NCBI GenBank assembly: GCA_034717975.1
Contig: JAYEMF010000086.1
Location: forward strand, 1-12,830
Direction of reading: 5' to 3'
Length of the DNA: 12,830 nucleotides
Source: Campylobacterota bacterium
GTDB taxonomy: Bacteria > Campylobacterota > Campylobacteria > Campylobacterales > Sulfurimonadaceae
In this document: piece after piece, positions 1 to 8,978 of the stretch
Numbering within the stretch: position 1 is the stretch's first letter
Layout of the letters: every line of letters begins with the position of its first letter
Translations under genes and position numbers: made by a program
Notes under the pieces: generated by a model
Told to the model about the DNA's origin: nothing
The model's input: only the letters and a program-made list of their open reading frames with translations
The model's database searches: none

Positions 1-521
1 TACTGATTCAAGGCACGAATCTTGAACAGAACACTCTGCTCTCCTTCGCGCTGCATATCCAGCAGAAAATGTGTTCGACTCCGATAAAGCCGAAAGTGAT
101 TGACCGCGCCAAGACTATCGACAACCATCTCTTCATCGCCAAACAGCGGATAAGCGAATTTTTGTGATGATTCGATCCGAAAGAGCTCCTCATCATTAAA
201 TATATATCCTACATAAGGCATGATCCGCTGATGAACCGAGTGCGATGTCTGCATCATTACCATATCGCCATGACTGTCCAAGTTCTGGATACTTACCGAT
301 CCCGGAGCAGAGAGGGCAAAGTCGAGATAGAGAGCTTTAAGCAGTTTTTGCTGGTCGGCAATAGAGGAAAGTCTATCGCCGTAAAAAGTATTTGAGCTGC
401 GCAATGACGCAAGGCTCTGATAGAGGAAGAGCATGATCACAGAGAGGATCGTTATGGAGATCATCAGTTCAATCAGTGTAAAACCTCTTTTCAATCCCGG
501 TTGCTTGGCGGCTTGTTTCAT
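1..521 (-). CDS. gspJ: Minor pseudopilin, GspJ-like (173 codons; stop codon probably cut by the window edge)
   Basis: Not in the ORF track; read by hand. The ATG at 521 overlaps the upstream TGA (ATGA). It translates MKQAAKQPGLKRG|FTLIELMISITILSVIMLFLYQSL..., a class III signal with G-1/F+1/E+5 and a hydrophobic helix. The frame stays open to ...FKIRALNQ, followed by 'TA' at positions 2-1. The J label rests on position after gspI. Confidence 0.8.
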   Translation of the reverse strand, partial: MKQAAKQPGLKRGFTLIELMISITILSVIMLFLYQSLASLRSSNTFYGDRLSSIADQQKLLKALYLDFALSAPGSVSIQNLDSHGDMVMMQTSHSVHQRIMPYVGYIFNDEELFRIESSQKFAYPLFGDEEMVVDSLGAVNHFRLYRSRTHFLLDMQREGEQSVLFKIRALNQ

Positions 522-1003
522 TGCAGTCTCAGGCGTAAAAAGGAGGTATGCACGCCATTGATTTCCAAAGTTGTACGCCCAACCTCAAGCGACGCCGTTT
601 CCGCACGCTTTTTCAGGGCGCTCACCCCTTCCATTTCAGCCAGTCGTTCACTCTCTTCCTGAAAGTCAATACTGTCAAGACGCATCACCTCTTTGTAGCT
701 CACATCTGCTTTTATTGTTTTCAGCTTTCGACGCAGTGCATCATCAAGTTTAAACTCTCGCAGCAACCCGTCAAGCCGTATCTGCTTTTTTTCAAAACCG
801 ACATTACCGACACCCAGCAGAATAGACCCTTGCGTTGAAAGTTCAACTTTCTCTTTGACCGTCCCCAAAAGTTTGGTATTGTTGGAAAAGAGCTGAAGCA
901 GTGCTGCGATGACTACCGTAATTATCACAATGGCAACCATCACTTCAATCAGGGTAAATCCCTCTGAAGCGCCCCTCTCTTTCCCAAACTGCTTTTGGTT
1001 CAC
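518..1003 (-). CDS. gspI: Minor pseudopilin, GspI-like
   Basis: Prepilin motif EG|FTLIEVMVAIVIITVVIAALL; 161 aa; lies within the T2SS operon after gspE. GTG start. The I label rests on size and position. Confidence 0.75.
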   Translation of the reverse strand: MNQKQFGKERGASEGFTLIEVMVAIVIITVVIAALLQLFSNNTKLLGTVKEKVELSTQGSILLGVGNVGFEKKQIRLDGLLREFKLDDALRRKLKTIKADVSYKEVMRLDSIDFQEESERLAEMEGVSALKKRAETASLEVGRTTLEINGVHTSFLRLRLQ

Positions 1004-1013
1004 TGCAGATCAC

Positions 1014-2537
1014 TCACTCTGCTTGCACATGCGTAAAACCAATACGGATCGCCTCTTCCAGCGAAGTCTGACCGGCCAATACCATCCAGCTCAGCTCTGT
1101 ATTGATCAATTTAAGCCCTCTCTTCTCCAGCGCCACATGAATGGTGTGCTCATCCGTGGTCTCCTTGAGCAGCTCTTTGATCTCATCATCCATGACCAGC
1201 AGTTCACCGATCGATTTACGCCCATTGTAGCCGGTATAGTTACATGCTTTGCACCCCTTGGCTTTATAGAGTACGGCATCAGGCGGCAACGCGTAGTATT
1301 TGATAAACTCTTCGGCAACCGTATCTTCCTCTTTGCACTCATTGCAGAGTCTTCTTGCCAGCCGCTGTGCCAGGATCCCCAGCAGTGAAGAGGAGATCAG
1401 AAAAGGTGGTATACCCATATCGGCGAGACGTGAAATTGTCGCTGCTGCGGAGTTGGTGTGCAGAGTCGACAGAACCAGGTGACCGGTCAGCGAGGCACGT
1501 ACTGCAATAGCAGCTGTCTCTTCATCCCTGATCTCTCCGATCATAATAACATCAGGATCCTGACGTAAAATCGAACGCAGTGCCGCAGCAAATGTCAAAC
1601 CTACTTTTTCATGAACCTGAATCTGGGAGATAGAGTCTGACTTATACTCCACCGGATCTTCAACTGTAATCACATTTTTATCCGGTGACTCCAGTTCACG
1701 CAAAAACGCATGCAGCGACGTTGACTTCCCGCTTCCTGTCGGCCCGGTCACCAGAATAATCCCGTGCGGCAGATGCAGAAGTTGTTTCATCTCGTTTATC
1801 AGGTCCGGAGCAAAACCGATATCTTCGATCTCGGGCATCTGGTCACTCTGCATCAGCATACGCATTACTACCCGTTCCCCATAATACGTTGGCAGGATTG
1901 AAACACGGACATCCAATGATTCTCCTGCGATCTTGATCTGGGTACGGCCATCCTGCGGGATCCGCTTTTCCGAGATATCAAGATTTGAAATGACTTTGAT
2001 CCGGCTGATGATCAGGCTGACAACTTTGTTGTCCAGATCGACATTTTTACTCAGCATTCCATCGATCCTGAACCGCACTTCACCACGCTTTTCATGCATC
2101 TCTATATGGATATCGGAAGCCCGCTTTTTGATCGCCTGATAAAAGAGCGCATTTACGAACTTGATAATCGGTGCAGACTCTTCCGAAGTGAGGATATCCG
2201 AAGAGGTACGAAGGAACTCCGTCAGCGAAAGTTCTTCTTCTGAGCTCTCTTCACCCTCCTCCTGCATCGTTTCAATAGCCCGGTCGGTCCGAAGCTCCAA
2301 AAATCTGTTATAGAGACGTTCAAACGAATCTTCATCAAGCAAGAGCAGTGGAAATTTTCGAGGCAGTTTACTGTAGTAGTTGCTGGCATCGACAAGATAA
2401 CGTTCACCCGTTACAGCGGTCTCTTGTTCATTGATCAGTGTAAAAAGCAGATAATTGCGTACACTGAGATCAACGTCAACACCTTCTGGCTCATACTGTT
2501 CAAGGTCTGTATCATGCAACAACTGTGTCGTAAGCAT
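1014..2537 (-). CDS. gspE: T2SS ATPase GspE
   Basis: ASDIHIE motif, RFRIDG, Walker A GPTGSGKST, Asp box TVEDPVEY, Walker B LRQDPDVIMIGEIRD, His box TGHLVLSTLHTN, tetracysteine CNEC/CKAC. The start overlaps the gspD stop (TGATG). Confidence 0.96.
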   Translation of the reverse strand: MLTTQLLHDTDLEQYEPEGVDVDLSVRNYLLFTLINEQETAVTGERYLVDASNYYSKLPRKFPLLLLDEDSFERLYNRFLELRTDRAIETMQEEGEESSEEELSLTEFLRTSSDILTSEESAPIIKFVNALFYQAIKKRASDIHIEMHEKRGEVRFRIDGMLSKNVDLDNKVVSLIISRIKVISNLDISEKRIPQDGRTQIKIAGESLDVRVSILPTYYGERVVMRMLMQSDQMPEIEDIGFAPDLINEMKQLLHLPHGIILVTGPTGSGKSTSLHAFLRELESPDKNVITVEDPVEYKSDSISQIQVHEKVGLTFAAALRSILRQDPDVIMIGEIRDEETAAIAVRASLTGHLVLSTLHTNSAAATISRLADMGIPPFLISSSLLGILAQRLARRLCNECKEEDTVAEEFIKYYALPPDAVLYKAKGCKACNYTGYNGRKSIGELLVMDDEIKELLKETTDEHTIHVALEKRGLKLINTELSWMVLAGQTSLEEAIRIGFTHVQAE

Positions 2538-4399
2538 CAGTAATCGCTCTCATCATCCATACCTTCAAATGGATCATTTGGTCTTGGATTCTCATGCGTA
2601 GCTTTTCCCTCGACGATCGGGAAGATCAACTCATTGTACTGCTTTTGAATACGTCCGAGCTCGCCTAACTGCTCTTGAAGTTCAGAGAGTTTTTCACTCT
2701 TGGCAATGACATAAGGTGTCAGGATGACCAGAAGATTATCCTGCTGTTCTTTAATATCATTATGGGTAAAGAGTAGTCCAAGCAGCGGGATATCACCAAG
2801 CAGCGGAACTTTTGTTTCAACATCAGTGTCGTAGGTCTTGACCAGTCCTCCAATGATAACATTCTCACCATGTCCTAAAATAGCCTGTGTGGTCACCGTC
2901 TGTTTTGTTGTGATCGGCTGCTTGCTGTTTGGATCGACAGCGATTACATTCTCCAGAGTCGCCTCTACGTCAAGGGTGACTTTATCTAGCGAAGAGACAC
3001 GCGGCTTGATCTTAAGTGTCAGCCCCACATCCACCCGCTGATAGGAGTTGGTTGTTCCACCCGCCGAGTTCGTTGCTTCACCGGTCTGGAACGAGAGAGT
3101 TTTCCCGACATAAATAGATGATTCCTGATTGTTGACACATAAGATAGAGGGATTAGAGACCGTTTGTGATGCACCATTAGTCTGTAAAAAATCCAAGGTG
3201 GCGCCAATGGCAAGGGCACTGTCAAGATCACCAAGGGAGTCTCCAAGTTTCTCTAAAATCAGTGGATTCATCGGAGCGATGGATGAACCTCCAAAGTTCC
3301 CTGCCAGTGTATAGAGGCCCGATGAGTTGGCGATACCGCCATCAAGCCCGTATTTCAAGCCCAGCTGTTCAGAGTTGTCTTTATTGATCTCTACGATCCT
3401 TGCCTGTACATAGACCTGGTACTTCTCTTTGTCAAGTTCATTAATGATACGCTTAAGACCTTTGATTACCATCGGATGGCCCACAACTATAACGGCGTTG
3501 ATCTCCTCACTGGCCGAAATATTCGGCTTCATTGTCGGATCGGAAAAGGTCTGCTTATCAACGATCTCTTTTAGTGACGCCAACACATTTTTTGCATCAG
3601 AGTTTTTCAGATTAAATATCTGGACTTCCTCATTGAGGTTCTGCTCCCTGTCGAGTTTGGCAATCGTCTTGGTAAGCCTCTCTATATTTTTCTGTTTCCC
3701 AACCAGGACAAGTCCATTGACGTCCGTATTTAACAGGATCTTGACTTTGTCCGATTCCACCTTTTCATTGAAGAGACTTTTGGCAATCTCCGCTATCTGA
3801 GTATGTATCTCTTTGATCTTGGCATATTTGATCGGGATCACCTTCATAGCAACCTTGTTTTCCCGATCAATATCACCAATGACCCGTTTGATCGTCTCAA
3901 TATTCTTCGGATAGTCTGTAATCAGCAGAATATTTGACTCTTTCATCGTCATCAGCTTGGCAGTTTTAGAGATGAGATAACGTACCTTTGCAGCAACCAC
4001 GTCAACATTCTCACCTTTGACAGCAACAGCCTGTGTCACCATCATCGAACCTGACGCCTTCACTCCGGCACGCACAACACGTACATTATGCTTAGCTGCT
4101 TCTGCTGAACGCACCACTTCGTAGACTGATCCGTTTTGTACCAATGTAAAGCCCTTGGCTTCAAGAACCGAGATAAGGATGCCCATCACCTCATCATCAT
4201 AGACCGGTGCAGAGGTTACGAGGTTGACGGTTCCGTTAATCTTATGGTTTACTAAAATATTTTTATCGCTAATCCTGGCTATCAGCTTTATAAAATCAGT
4301 GATCTGAAGATTTGAAAAATTGACATTAACCTGCTCTCTGGCCATAAGCAGCTGACTGCTCAGCAGCAGTAGTGTAAATAGTATTTTAATAGATCTCAT
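2537..4399 (-). CDS. gspD: T2SS secretin GspD
   Basis: Sec-type signal peptide, N0 domain (VNFSNLQITDFIKLIARIS), repeated N-domains, QVYVQARIVE, VGLTLKIKPRV and the secretin signature KVPLLGDIPLLGLLF. AAGGAG RBS upstream. Confidence 0.96.
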   Translation of the reverse strand: MRSIKILFTLLLLSSQLLMAREQVNVNFSNLQITDFIKLIARISDKNILVNHKINGTVNLVTSAPVYDDEVMGILISVLEAKGFTLVQNGSVYEVVRSAEAAKHNVRVVRAGVKASGSMMVTQAVAVKGENVDVVAAKVRYLISKTAKLMTMKESNILLITDYPKNIETIKRVIGDIDRENKVAMKVIPIKYAKIKEIHTQIAEIAKSLFNEKVESDKVKILLNTDVNGLVLVGKQKNIERLTKTIAKLDREQNLNEEVQIFNLKNSDAKNVLASLKEIVDKQTFSDPTMKPNISASEEINAVIVVGHPMVIKGLKRIINELDKEKYQVYVQARIVEINKDNSEQLGLKYGLDGGIANSSGLYTLAGNFGGSSIAPMNPLILEKLGDSLGDLDSALAIGATLDFLQTNGASQTVSNPSILCVNNQESSIYVGKTLSFQTGEATNSAGGTTNSYQRVDVGLTLKIKPRVSSLDKVTLDVEATLENVIAVDPNSKQPITTKQTVTTQAILGHGENVIIGGLVKTYDTDVETKVPLLGDIPLLGLLFTHNDIKEQQDNLLVILTPYVIAKSEKLSELQEQLGELGRIQKQYNELIFPIVEGKATHENPRPNDPFEGMDDESDY

Positions 4400-5186
4400 A
4401 TATTATCTCCTTCTCTTGATTATTTCTGAGCACTACAAGCTCCAGTGCCTGCATGGTGCCGATTTTTTTATAGATTGCCAATACATCGGCATAAGAGGTC
4501 AATGTTTTATTGTTTGCTTTGATGATCACATCCCCACGTCTGAGACCAAGCTCTGCCATAGGAGATGATGGTTTGATACGGGTCACTTTAAAGCCCGTGA
4601 TCTTTTTTCCCTCTTTCAGCTCGGTAATACCGATATCTTTCCAGACCTTATCTATATCTTTGACATAGTAGTTGATATTACTACGGGAAACACTTCTGGG
4701 AACATCATCGCGTTCTGCCGCACCGGTCCCTTTTGATGATAAGCGAGCATCAACATTCTCCATCTGCAAAACATAACGCCTTCCACTACGTTCAAATATG
4801 GCACTTTGGGGATTGATCTGCACCAGTCTGTTTCCGCCAAACTGCTCCCCGACAGCTATCACTTCCGTTTTAGTCGGTGTTTTTTCCGGCGCAACGATCA
4901 CAAACCCTTTTCTTTTGCTCCCGTAAAGACCTTTGAGCACAAGAGTCGATCTCATCTGTGTTGCCGATACCCTCTGGGCAGAAGCGGACCCGGCTTGACC
5001 CTTGTCCAACATGCTGTCCAATGTATATCGGTGATACTTCGCCTGCAAAGAGTGCTCAGGGTAATAGTCCACCCCTTCACTCGGTAAAAACCAGAGCAGA
5101 CCCAGTACCATGGCTTTGACAACAATAACAATGATCACAATACGGGTCGACAGTGAGATCAGCCACTTCTTAAAAACGGGATTCAT
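4386..5186 (-). CDS. gspC: T2SS protein GspC with C-terminal PDZ domain
   Basis: One N-terminal TM helix, HR-domain-like LVLKGLYG...VGEQFGGNRLVQI, and PDZ GFKVTRIKPSSPMAELGLRRGDVIIKANN; directly upstream of gspD. Start moved to ATG 5186 (MNPVFKKW) because GGAGGA lies just upstream. Confidence 0.88.
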   Translation of the reverse strand: MNPVFKKWLISLSTRIVIIVIVVKAMVLGLLWFLPSEGVDYYPEHSLQAKYHRYTLDSMLDKGQAGSASAQRVSATQMRSTLVLKGLYGSKRKGFVIVAPEKTPTKTEVIAVGEQFGGNRLVQINPQSAIFERSGRRYVLQMENVDARLSSKGTGAAERDDVPRSVSRSNINYYVKDIDKVWKDIGITELKEGKKITGFKVTRIKPSSPMAELGLRRGDVIIKANNKTLTSYADVLAIYKKIGTMQALELVVLRNNQEKEIIYEIY

Positions 5187-6648
5187 AGGTGTATCCTCCC
5201 GTGTCATCTTTTGTCAACTTGTTCATCGTTGAGCGGTAGCGTGTTTTCATCAGTTTTGAAGGCTCGACTCTCATTTTAAAGAGCCGCTCCCTCAATACGA
5301 CTTCACCTTTTGCCGTACCAAAATCACCGACTGCCTCAATGGTAATATGTAACGGATCAAGTACAGAGTATTGAATATTCACCCGTTCCACTTCTGTCGG
5401 TACGAACTGCTCAAATGTTGATGAGAGCTTGATTTTTTCAATATCTATGCGGTTGTAGAGCAGAAACAGGAGTACTTCGGTTTTCTCCATCTTGACACTC
5501 TCTATCTCCTTGACATACAAGGTCGCATCTTTGATATCCAGTCTGAAACCTCTGTCGTCAAGTTTTTCATCACTCAGAATAACACCATAAGGCTCTATCA
5601 GGTGCTCAATCTGGTAATAAAGGTTGACCTTTGGTGTGAGCAGCATAATTGCGGCCACACCTATAGCCACCGCCATCAACTTATTGTCAGAGCTCACTAT
5701 TTTCTGAAAAACCATTGGGACATGATCAAGATTATCTGCAGAACCCTCTTCACCTGATGCCGAAGCGGCCCCTCTTCGTTTAAACCATAGTGCTATGGCC
5801 AGGAATAAGATCAAAAGAACGATAAAGATATAGTAATAATTTACGCTAGACTCTTTATCCATTGATTCATCAGGTTTGGCTGTATCTGCTTTTTTAGCTA
5901 TCTCTGCCTTTTTGGCTGTATCAGTCTTTTTGGCTATCTCTGTCTTTTTGACTGTATCAGTCTTTTTGGCTACCTCTGCCTTTTTGACTGTATCAGTCTT
6001 TTTGGCTACCTCTGCCTTTTTGGCTGTATCAGTCTTTTTGGTTATCTCTGCTTTTTTGGCTGTGGCAGTTTTCTTGGTTATCTCTGCCTTTTTGGCTGTG
6101 TCAGTCTTTTTGGCTATCTCTGCCTTTTTGGCTGTATCAGTCTTTTTGGCTACCTCTGCCTTTTTGGTTGTGTCAGTCTTTTTGGCTATCTCTGCTTTTT
6201 TGGCTGTGTCAGTCTTTTTGGCTATCTCTGCCTTTTTGGCTGTATCTGTTTTTACCGACTGTGCAGTAACCGGTGGTGGCACAACCTGCTTCGACTTCGA
6301 AAAGCGGAGACGCAGCTGACGTTTGTCGAGACTTTTTGCAGCCTGCAAAATGACAGATTTTCCAACCTCTACAATAATCTTTGTCCGCTTCTTATCCGGG
6401 GCGGTCATCAGTTTAAAGAGCAGTGGCGAAGTAATATTTTCGATTTTTTTGGATGTGATAGTAGCAGCAGTAAGTATAATCACCATTTTCGTGCGCTGCT
6501 GCTGCTTACGAATCTCCCCATAATAAGGCTTATCAAAAGTAACCATAACATCCACACGATCCGGGTAGTTATGCACATTATAGTTAAGGATTTTGGAAGC
6601 TAGCAGGAGTGATGGCAACAGCAACAGTAAAAAGAGTGCTCTTATCAT
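5170..6648 (-). CDS. Chimeric membrane protein: signal peptide + FliO-N/AMIN-like domain + K/A/T repeat + 2 TM + GspN-like C-terminal domain
   Basis: 492-aa uninterrupted ORF, coupled by an ATGA overlap to gspM and overlapping gspC. Signal peptide aa 1-17, beta-rich domain aa ~18-118, repeat aa 132-257, TM aa ~271-289 and ~324-338. The C-terminal ~180 aa (PKVNLYYQIE...GDFGTAKG...GGYTYE) resembles, from recall, the Campylobacterota protein found at the gspN position. Confidence 0.75.
   Translation of the reverse strand: MIRALFLLLLLPSLLLASKILNYNVHNYPDRVDVMVTFDKPYYGEIRKQQQRTKMVIILTAATITSKKIENITSPLLFKLMTAPDKKRTKIIVEVGKSVILQAAKSLDKRQLRLRFSKSKQVVPPPVTAQSVKTDTAKKAEIAKKTDTAKKAEIAKKTDTTKKAEVAKKTDTAKKAEIAKKTDTAKKAEITKKTATAKKAEITKKTDTAKKAEVAKKTDTVKKAEVAKKTDTVKKTEIAKKTDTAKKAEIAKKADTAKPDESMDKESSVNYYYIFIVLLILFLAIALWFKRRGAASASGEEGSADNLDHVPMVFQKIVSSDNKLMAVAIGVAAIMLLTPKVNLYYQIEHLIEPYGVILSDEKLDDRGFRLDIKDATLYVKEIESVKMEKTEVLLFLLYNRIDIEKIKLSSTFEQFVPTEVERVNIQYSVLDPLHITIEAVGDFGTAKGEVVLRERLFKMRVEPSKLMKTRYRSTMNKLTKDDTGGYTYESRF
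5878..6255 (-). repeat. Coding tandem repeat, 10.5 x 36 bp (21 alternating 18-bp subunits), encoding KKTDTA-KKAEIA
   Basis: Directly visible; + strand unit approximately tttttggctatctctgcctttttggctgtatcagtc, with scattered substitutions (I/V, A/T/V). Confidence 0.97.
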
Positions 6649-7049
6649 AGTGTAATCTCCACTTCCAGAGATGCCGACTCACTGTCAAGCCGTTTGATCT
6701 TCATTGTTTTAATCACATAGGTGCCATTAAAGAGTTTGTTCAACAGATACTCAGCTGCTGTTGCATTGATCTTTTTGGCGGTGATCACCATACTGCCCTG
6801 CTGCTCTTTATACTCGATTTCCGCATTTCGCGATGTCTGCCGCAACAGACGGTTAAGAGACTTCCTTATCTGCTCATTCGCCTCCCAGCTTTTTTTGAGT
6901 GCTACGGTACGTTTGGCCATCAATTCGGTCTTTTCCAATTCGGCTATTGCCTCTTCCTGCAACCCTTTGACGCCGTCAAGCTTGGCCATCATAACAATTA
7001 AAACGACAACCAGGAAGAGTGCAATATAGAGTGGATTTATCTGCTTCAT
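6645..7049 (-). CDS. gspM: T2SS assembly platform protein, GspM-like
   Basis: 134 aa with an N-terminal TM helix, a coiled-coil segment and a short ferredoxin-like alpha/beta C-terminus; follows the gspL-like gene with an ATGA overlap. Assignment is by architecture and position. Confidence 0.65.
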   Translation of the reverse strand: MKQINPLYIALFLVVVLIVMMAKLDGVKGLQEEAIAELEKTELMAKRTVALKKSWEANEQIRKSLNRLLRQTSRNAEIEYKEQQGSMVITAKKINATAAEYLLNKLFNGTYVIKTMKIKRLDSESASLEVEITL

Positions 7050-7978
7050 AACGCCACCTCTACCCGCAAGAGTCCCTCTTTGTAACTCTCTTTAATCTCA
7101 AGTTTGGTGCGTTTGAGCTGTGCAATGATCTTGTTGGCCCGGATCTCCTTGGCGATGGCATACTCTGCCACAACGCCTGAGGGCAGAAGATTCAGACGAA
7201 CCATGTTCTCATCCTTGAGCAACTTTACGCCCAACAATGCACTATTTACCTGACGAATCTTCATCTGCTTGACATAACGCTGTTCAAGACGCTTCAATAC
7301 CGCTTCATTTTGAAGCATGGTGGCTTTGAGATGATAGGTGCTGAGCAGCTCCGTGCGTTTTTCTTCGATCTGCACAGTTTTGTTGCCGGTAATAGCCCAC
7401 TCAATAGCGACCAGAACGATCAATACTGCCATAAATGAGATAAACATAGTAAGACTTTTTTTATCGGCAATATGTGTAAAACGTGCCAATTCGATCTTAT
7501 GAGACGAACATTCATGATCACTCACATCCAGTTTAATGGCAGTTTCACCAGCCAAAAAAAGCGGAAGTTTGACAATGACGCCTCCCTTTTGTATCATGAC
7601 ATCATCACCCTCCAGTTCAAGCGCTCCTTCCAGATCACTGAACTCGCTCTGTGCAAAATAGACATACCGTATCTGTGTCCCTTTAACCCCTTTTTCGCTC
7701 AATGCATCCAAAATGGCACGGTCGTCATAGGCAAATATCATAAAATCGTCGCCGTCGCGATAGGCCGTATAACTGTATTTGCCACTAGGCAGGATATCTT
7801 CAAACAGAGATGGCAGCAGCTTCTTCACTTCCCTTACATACTTCACCGGAAGTGTCACCCGCTTAACCCAGTAGTACGCCGGTGAGAGAATGATGTCAAG
7901 CATCTCCTCCTCTTCTATAAGCGGGCTCTGGGTATCAATGAAAACAATATGGGCTTTTGACTTAAAATTAAATACCAT
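7046..7978 (-). CDS. gspL: T2SS assembly platform protein, GspL-like
   Basis: Large N-terminal cytoplasmic domain (IILSPAYYWVKRVTLPV...LPSLFED), a single TM (MFISFMAVLIVLVAIEW) and a short periplasmic tail; lies between gspK and gspM. Start taken as ATG 7978 (MVFNFKSK), which gives an 11-nt overlap with gspK. Confidence 0.7.
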   Translation of the reverse strand: MVFNFKSKAHIVFIDTQSPLIEEEEMLDIILSPAYYWVKRVTLPVKYVREVKKLLPSLFEDILPSGKYSYTAYRDGDDFMIFAYDDRAILDALSEKGVKGTQIRYVYFAQSEFSDLEGALELEGDDVMIQKGGVIVKLPLFLAGETAIKLDVSDHECSSHKIELARFTHIADKKSLTMFISFMAVLIVLVAIEWAITGNKTVQIEEKRTELLSTYHLKATMLQNEAVLKRLEQRYVKQMKIRQVNSALLGVKLLKDENMVRLNLLPSGVVAEYAIAKEIRANKIIAQLKRTKLEIKESYKEGLLRVEVAL

Positions 7979-8978
7979 ACGTAAACTCTTTTGCCTTTTT
8001 GGTGTTAACATCATACTCGAACGAGATCTCGGCACTGCTGTTATGCTCTTCTATCGTTACCTCTACATGGACTCTTGGCAGATAATAGGCAACATCAAAA
8101 GCGGAAATCTGCTCCAGCTCCTCGCCAGAGAGGCCAAGATCAGCCTCTTTTTCGTATTTCATTATACCACCAGTCGCCAGGCTTTGTGCTTTTTCACTGC
8201 TTATCTCCGGCAACATCAGCTGCCAGGCTTCTGCTGAGGCGTAGTTGGCATCTATCCCGCTGCTGTTGTTGTCACCAAACCGAAACACTCTATTCCAGGG
8301 CACGTCTCTGACACTCTTGTCATGTTGGGTAAGAACATAATAATCCACTATCTGTTCCAGATGCCTTTTCCCGGCAATCTTTTCACGATAGAACCACGGC
8401 CTCTCATCAAACAGATCTGTCAGGTAGACCTCTTTTTTACCACCCATGCAGTCACTTATAAGATCCATCAGATAGGAACTATTTTGTATATTATAGCGCA
8501 ACAGAAACTCATCCAGTCTATTCTTAAATGTTTTTGAGCCGGCCAACGTATTGAGATTGATCTTTCCCCGGGCACTCTCAATCGCTATTTTCACCCTCAA
8601 CTCTTCTGCTTCAAAGGGTATCAGTGCCGTACTGTCCAAAAAGGCGCTGAACGACTCGGCATCTTCAATCGGGGTGATCTTCAACGACGCTTCCAGCAGT
8701 GACAATACATCTTCTACTACGACACTGCTCTGTAAGTGAAATCGGCTCTCTTTCAACTGTATCTGCCCTGTTTGAAGCTGCGTCAGACTCAACCCGACAG
8801 CAACAGTAATCGCAATAATAAAAAAGAGGGTGATGAGTAAGGCTATCCCCCGTTTATTATAATACGTGGAAGGAGCAAAGCCCCTTCCACTACGATGACT
8901 CTGCGTCCACTTCAGCTGTGGGCTCACGTGCAGTATCACCGCACTATTTTTTTTTCCAACTACTCTCTCTATTTCCAC
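7968..8978 (-). CDS. gspK: Large minor pseudopilin GspK with an extended leader
   Basis: KRG|IALLITLFFIIAIT (GspK-type, no E+5), ESARGKINLN motif and IDANYASAEAW helix-hairpin-like motif. There is no ATG near the cleavage site; the GTG at 8978 overlaps the gspF stop (TAGTG). The start position is uncertain. Confidence 0.85.
   Translation of the reverse strand: MEIERVVGKKNSAVILHVSPQLKWTQSHRSGRGFAPSTYYNKRGIALLITLFFIIAITVAVGLSLTQLQTGQIQLKESRFHLQSSVVVEDVLSLLEASLKITPIEDAESFSAFLDSTALIPFEAEELRVKIAIESARGKINLNTLAGSKTFKNRLDEFLLRYNIQNSSYLMDLISDCMGGKKEVYLTDLFDERPWFYREKIAGKRHLEQIVDYYVLTQHDKSVRDVPWNRVFRFGDNNSSGIDANYASAEAWQLMLPEISSEKAQSLATGGIMKYEKEADLGLSGEELEQISAFDVAYYLPRVHVEVTIEEHNSSAEISFEYDVNTKKAKEFTYGI
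8866..8944 (-). repeat. Three-hairpin GTAG REP-like element, copy B (in frame within the gspK 5' end)
   Basis: Minus strand: GTGCGGT-GAT-ACTGCAC GT GAGCCCACA-GCTGA-AGTGGACGC AGAGTCATC GTA GTGGAAGGGGC-TTT-GCTCCTTCCAC. Same architecture as 10726-10800. Confidence 0.75.

Noticed and set aside
8..196. 62-aa minus-strand ORF from the track
   Set aside because: It overlaps the gspJ-like frame (521 to 1), which has a clear prepilin motif.
5878..6255. Possible CRISPR array (36-bp periodicity)
   Set aside because: The units are directly adjacent with no unique spacers, lie in frame in a CDS, and no cas genes are present.
5876..6319. 147-aa plus-strand ORF with hydrophobic FLAISA/FLAVSV repeats
   Set aside because: It is the antisense shadow of the Lys-rich coding repeat; stop codons are absent because of the repeat composition, and there is no RBS.
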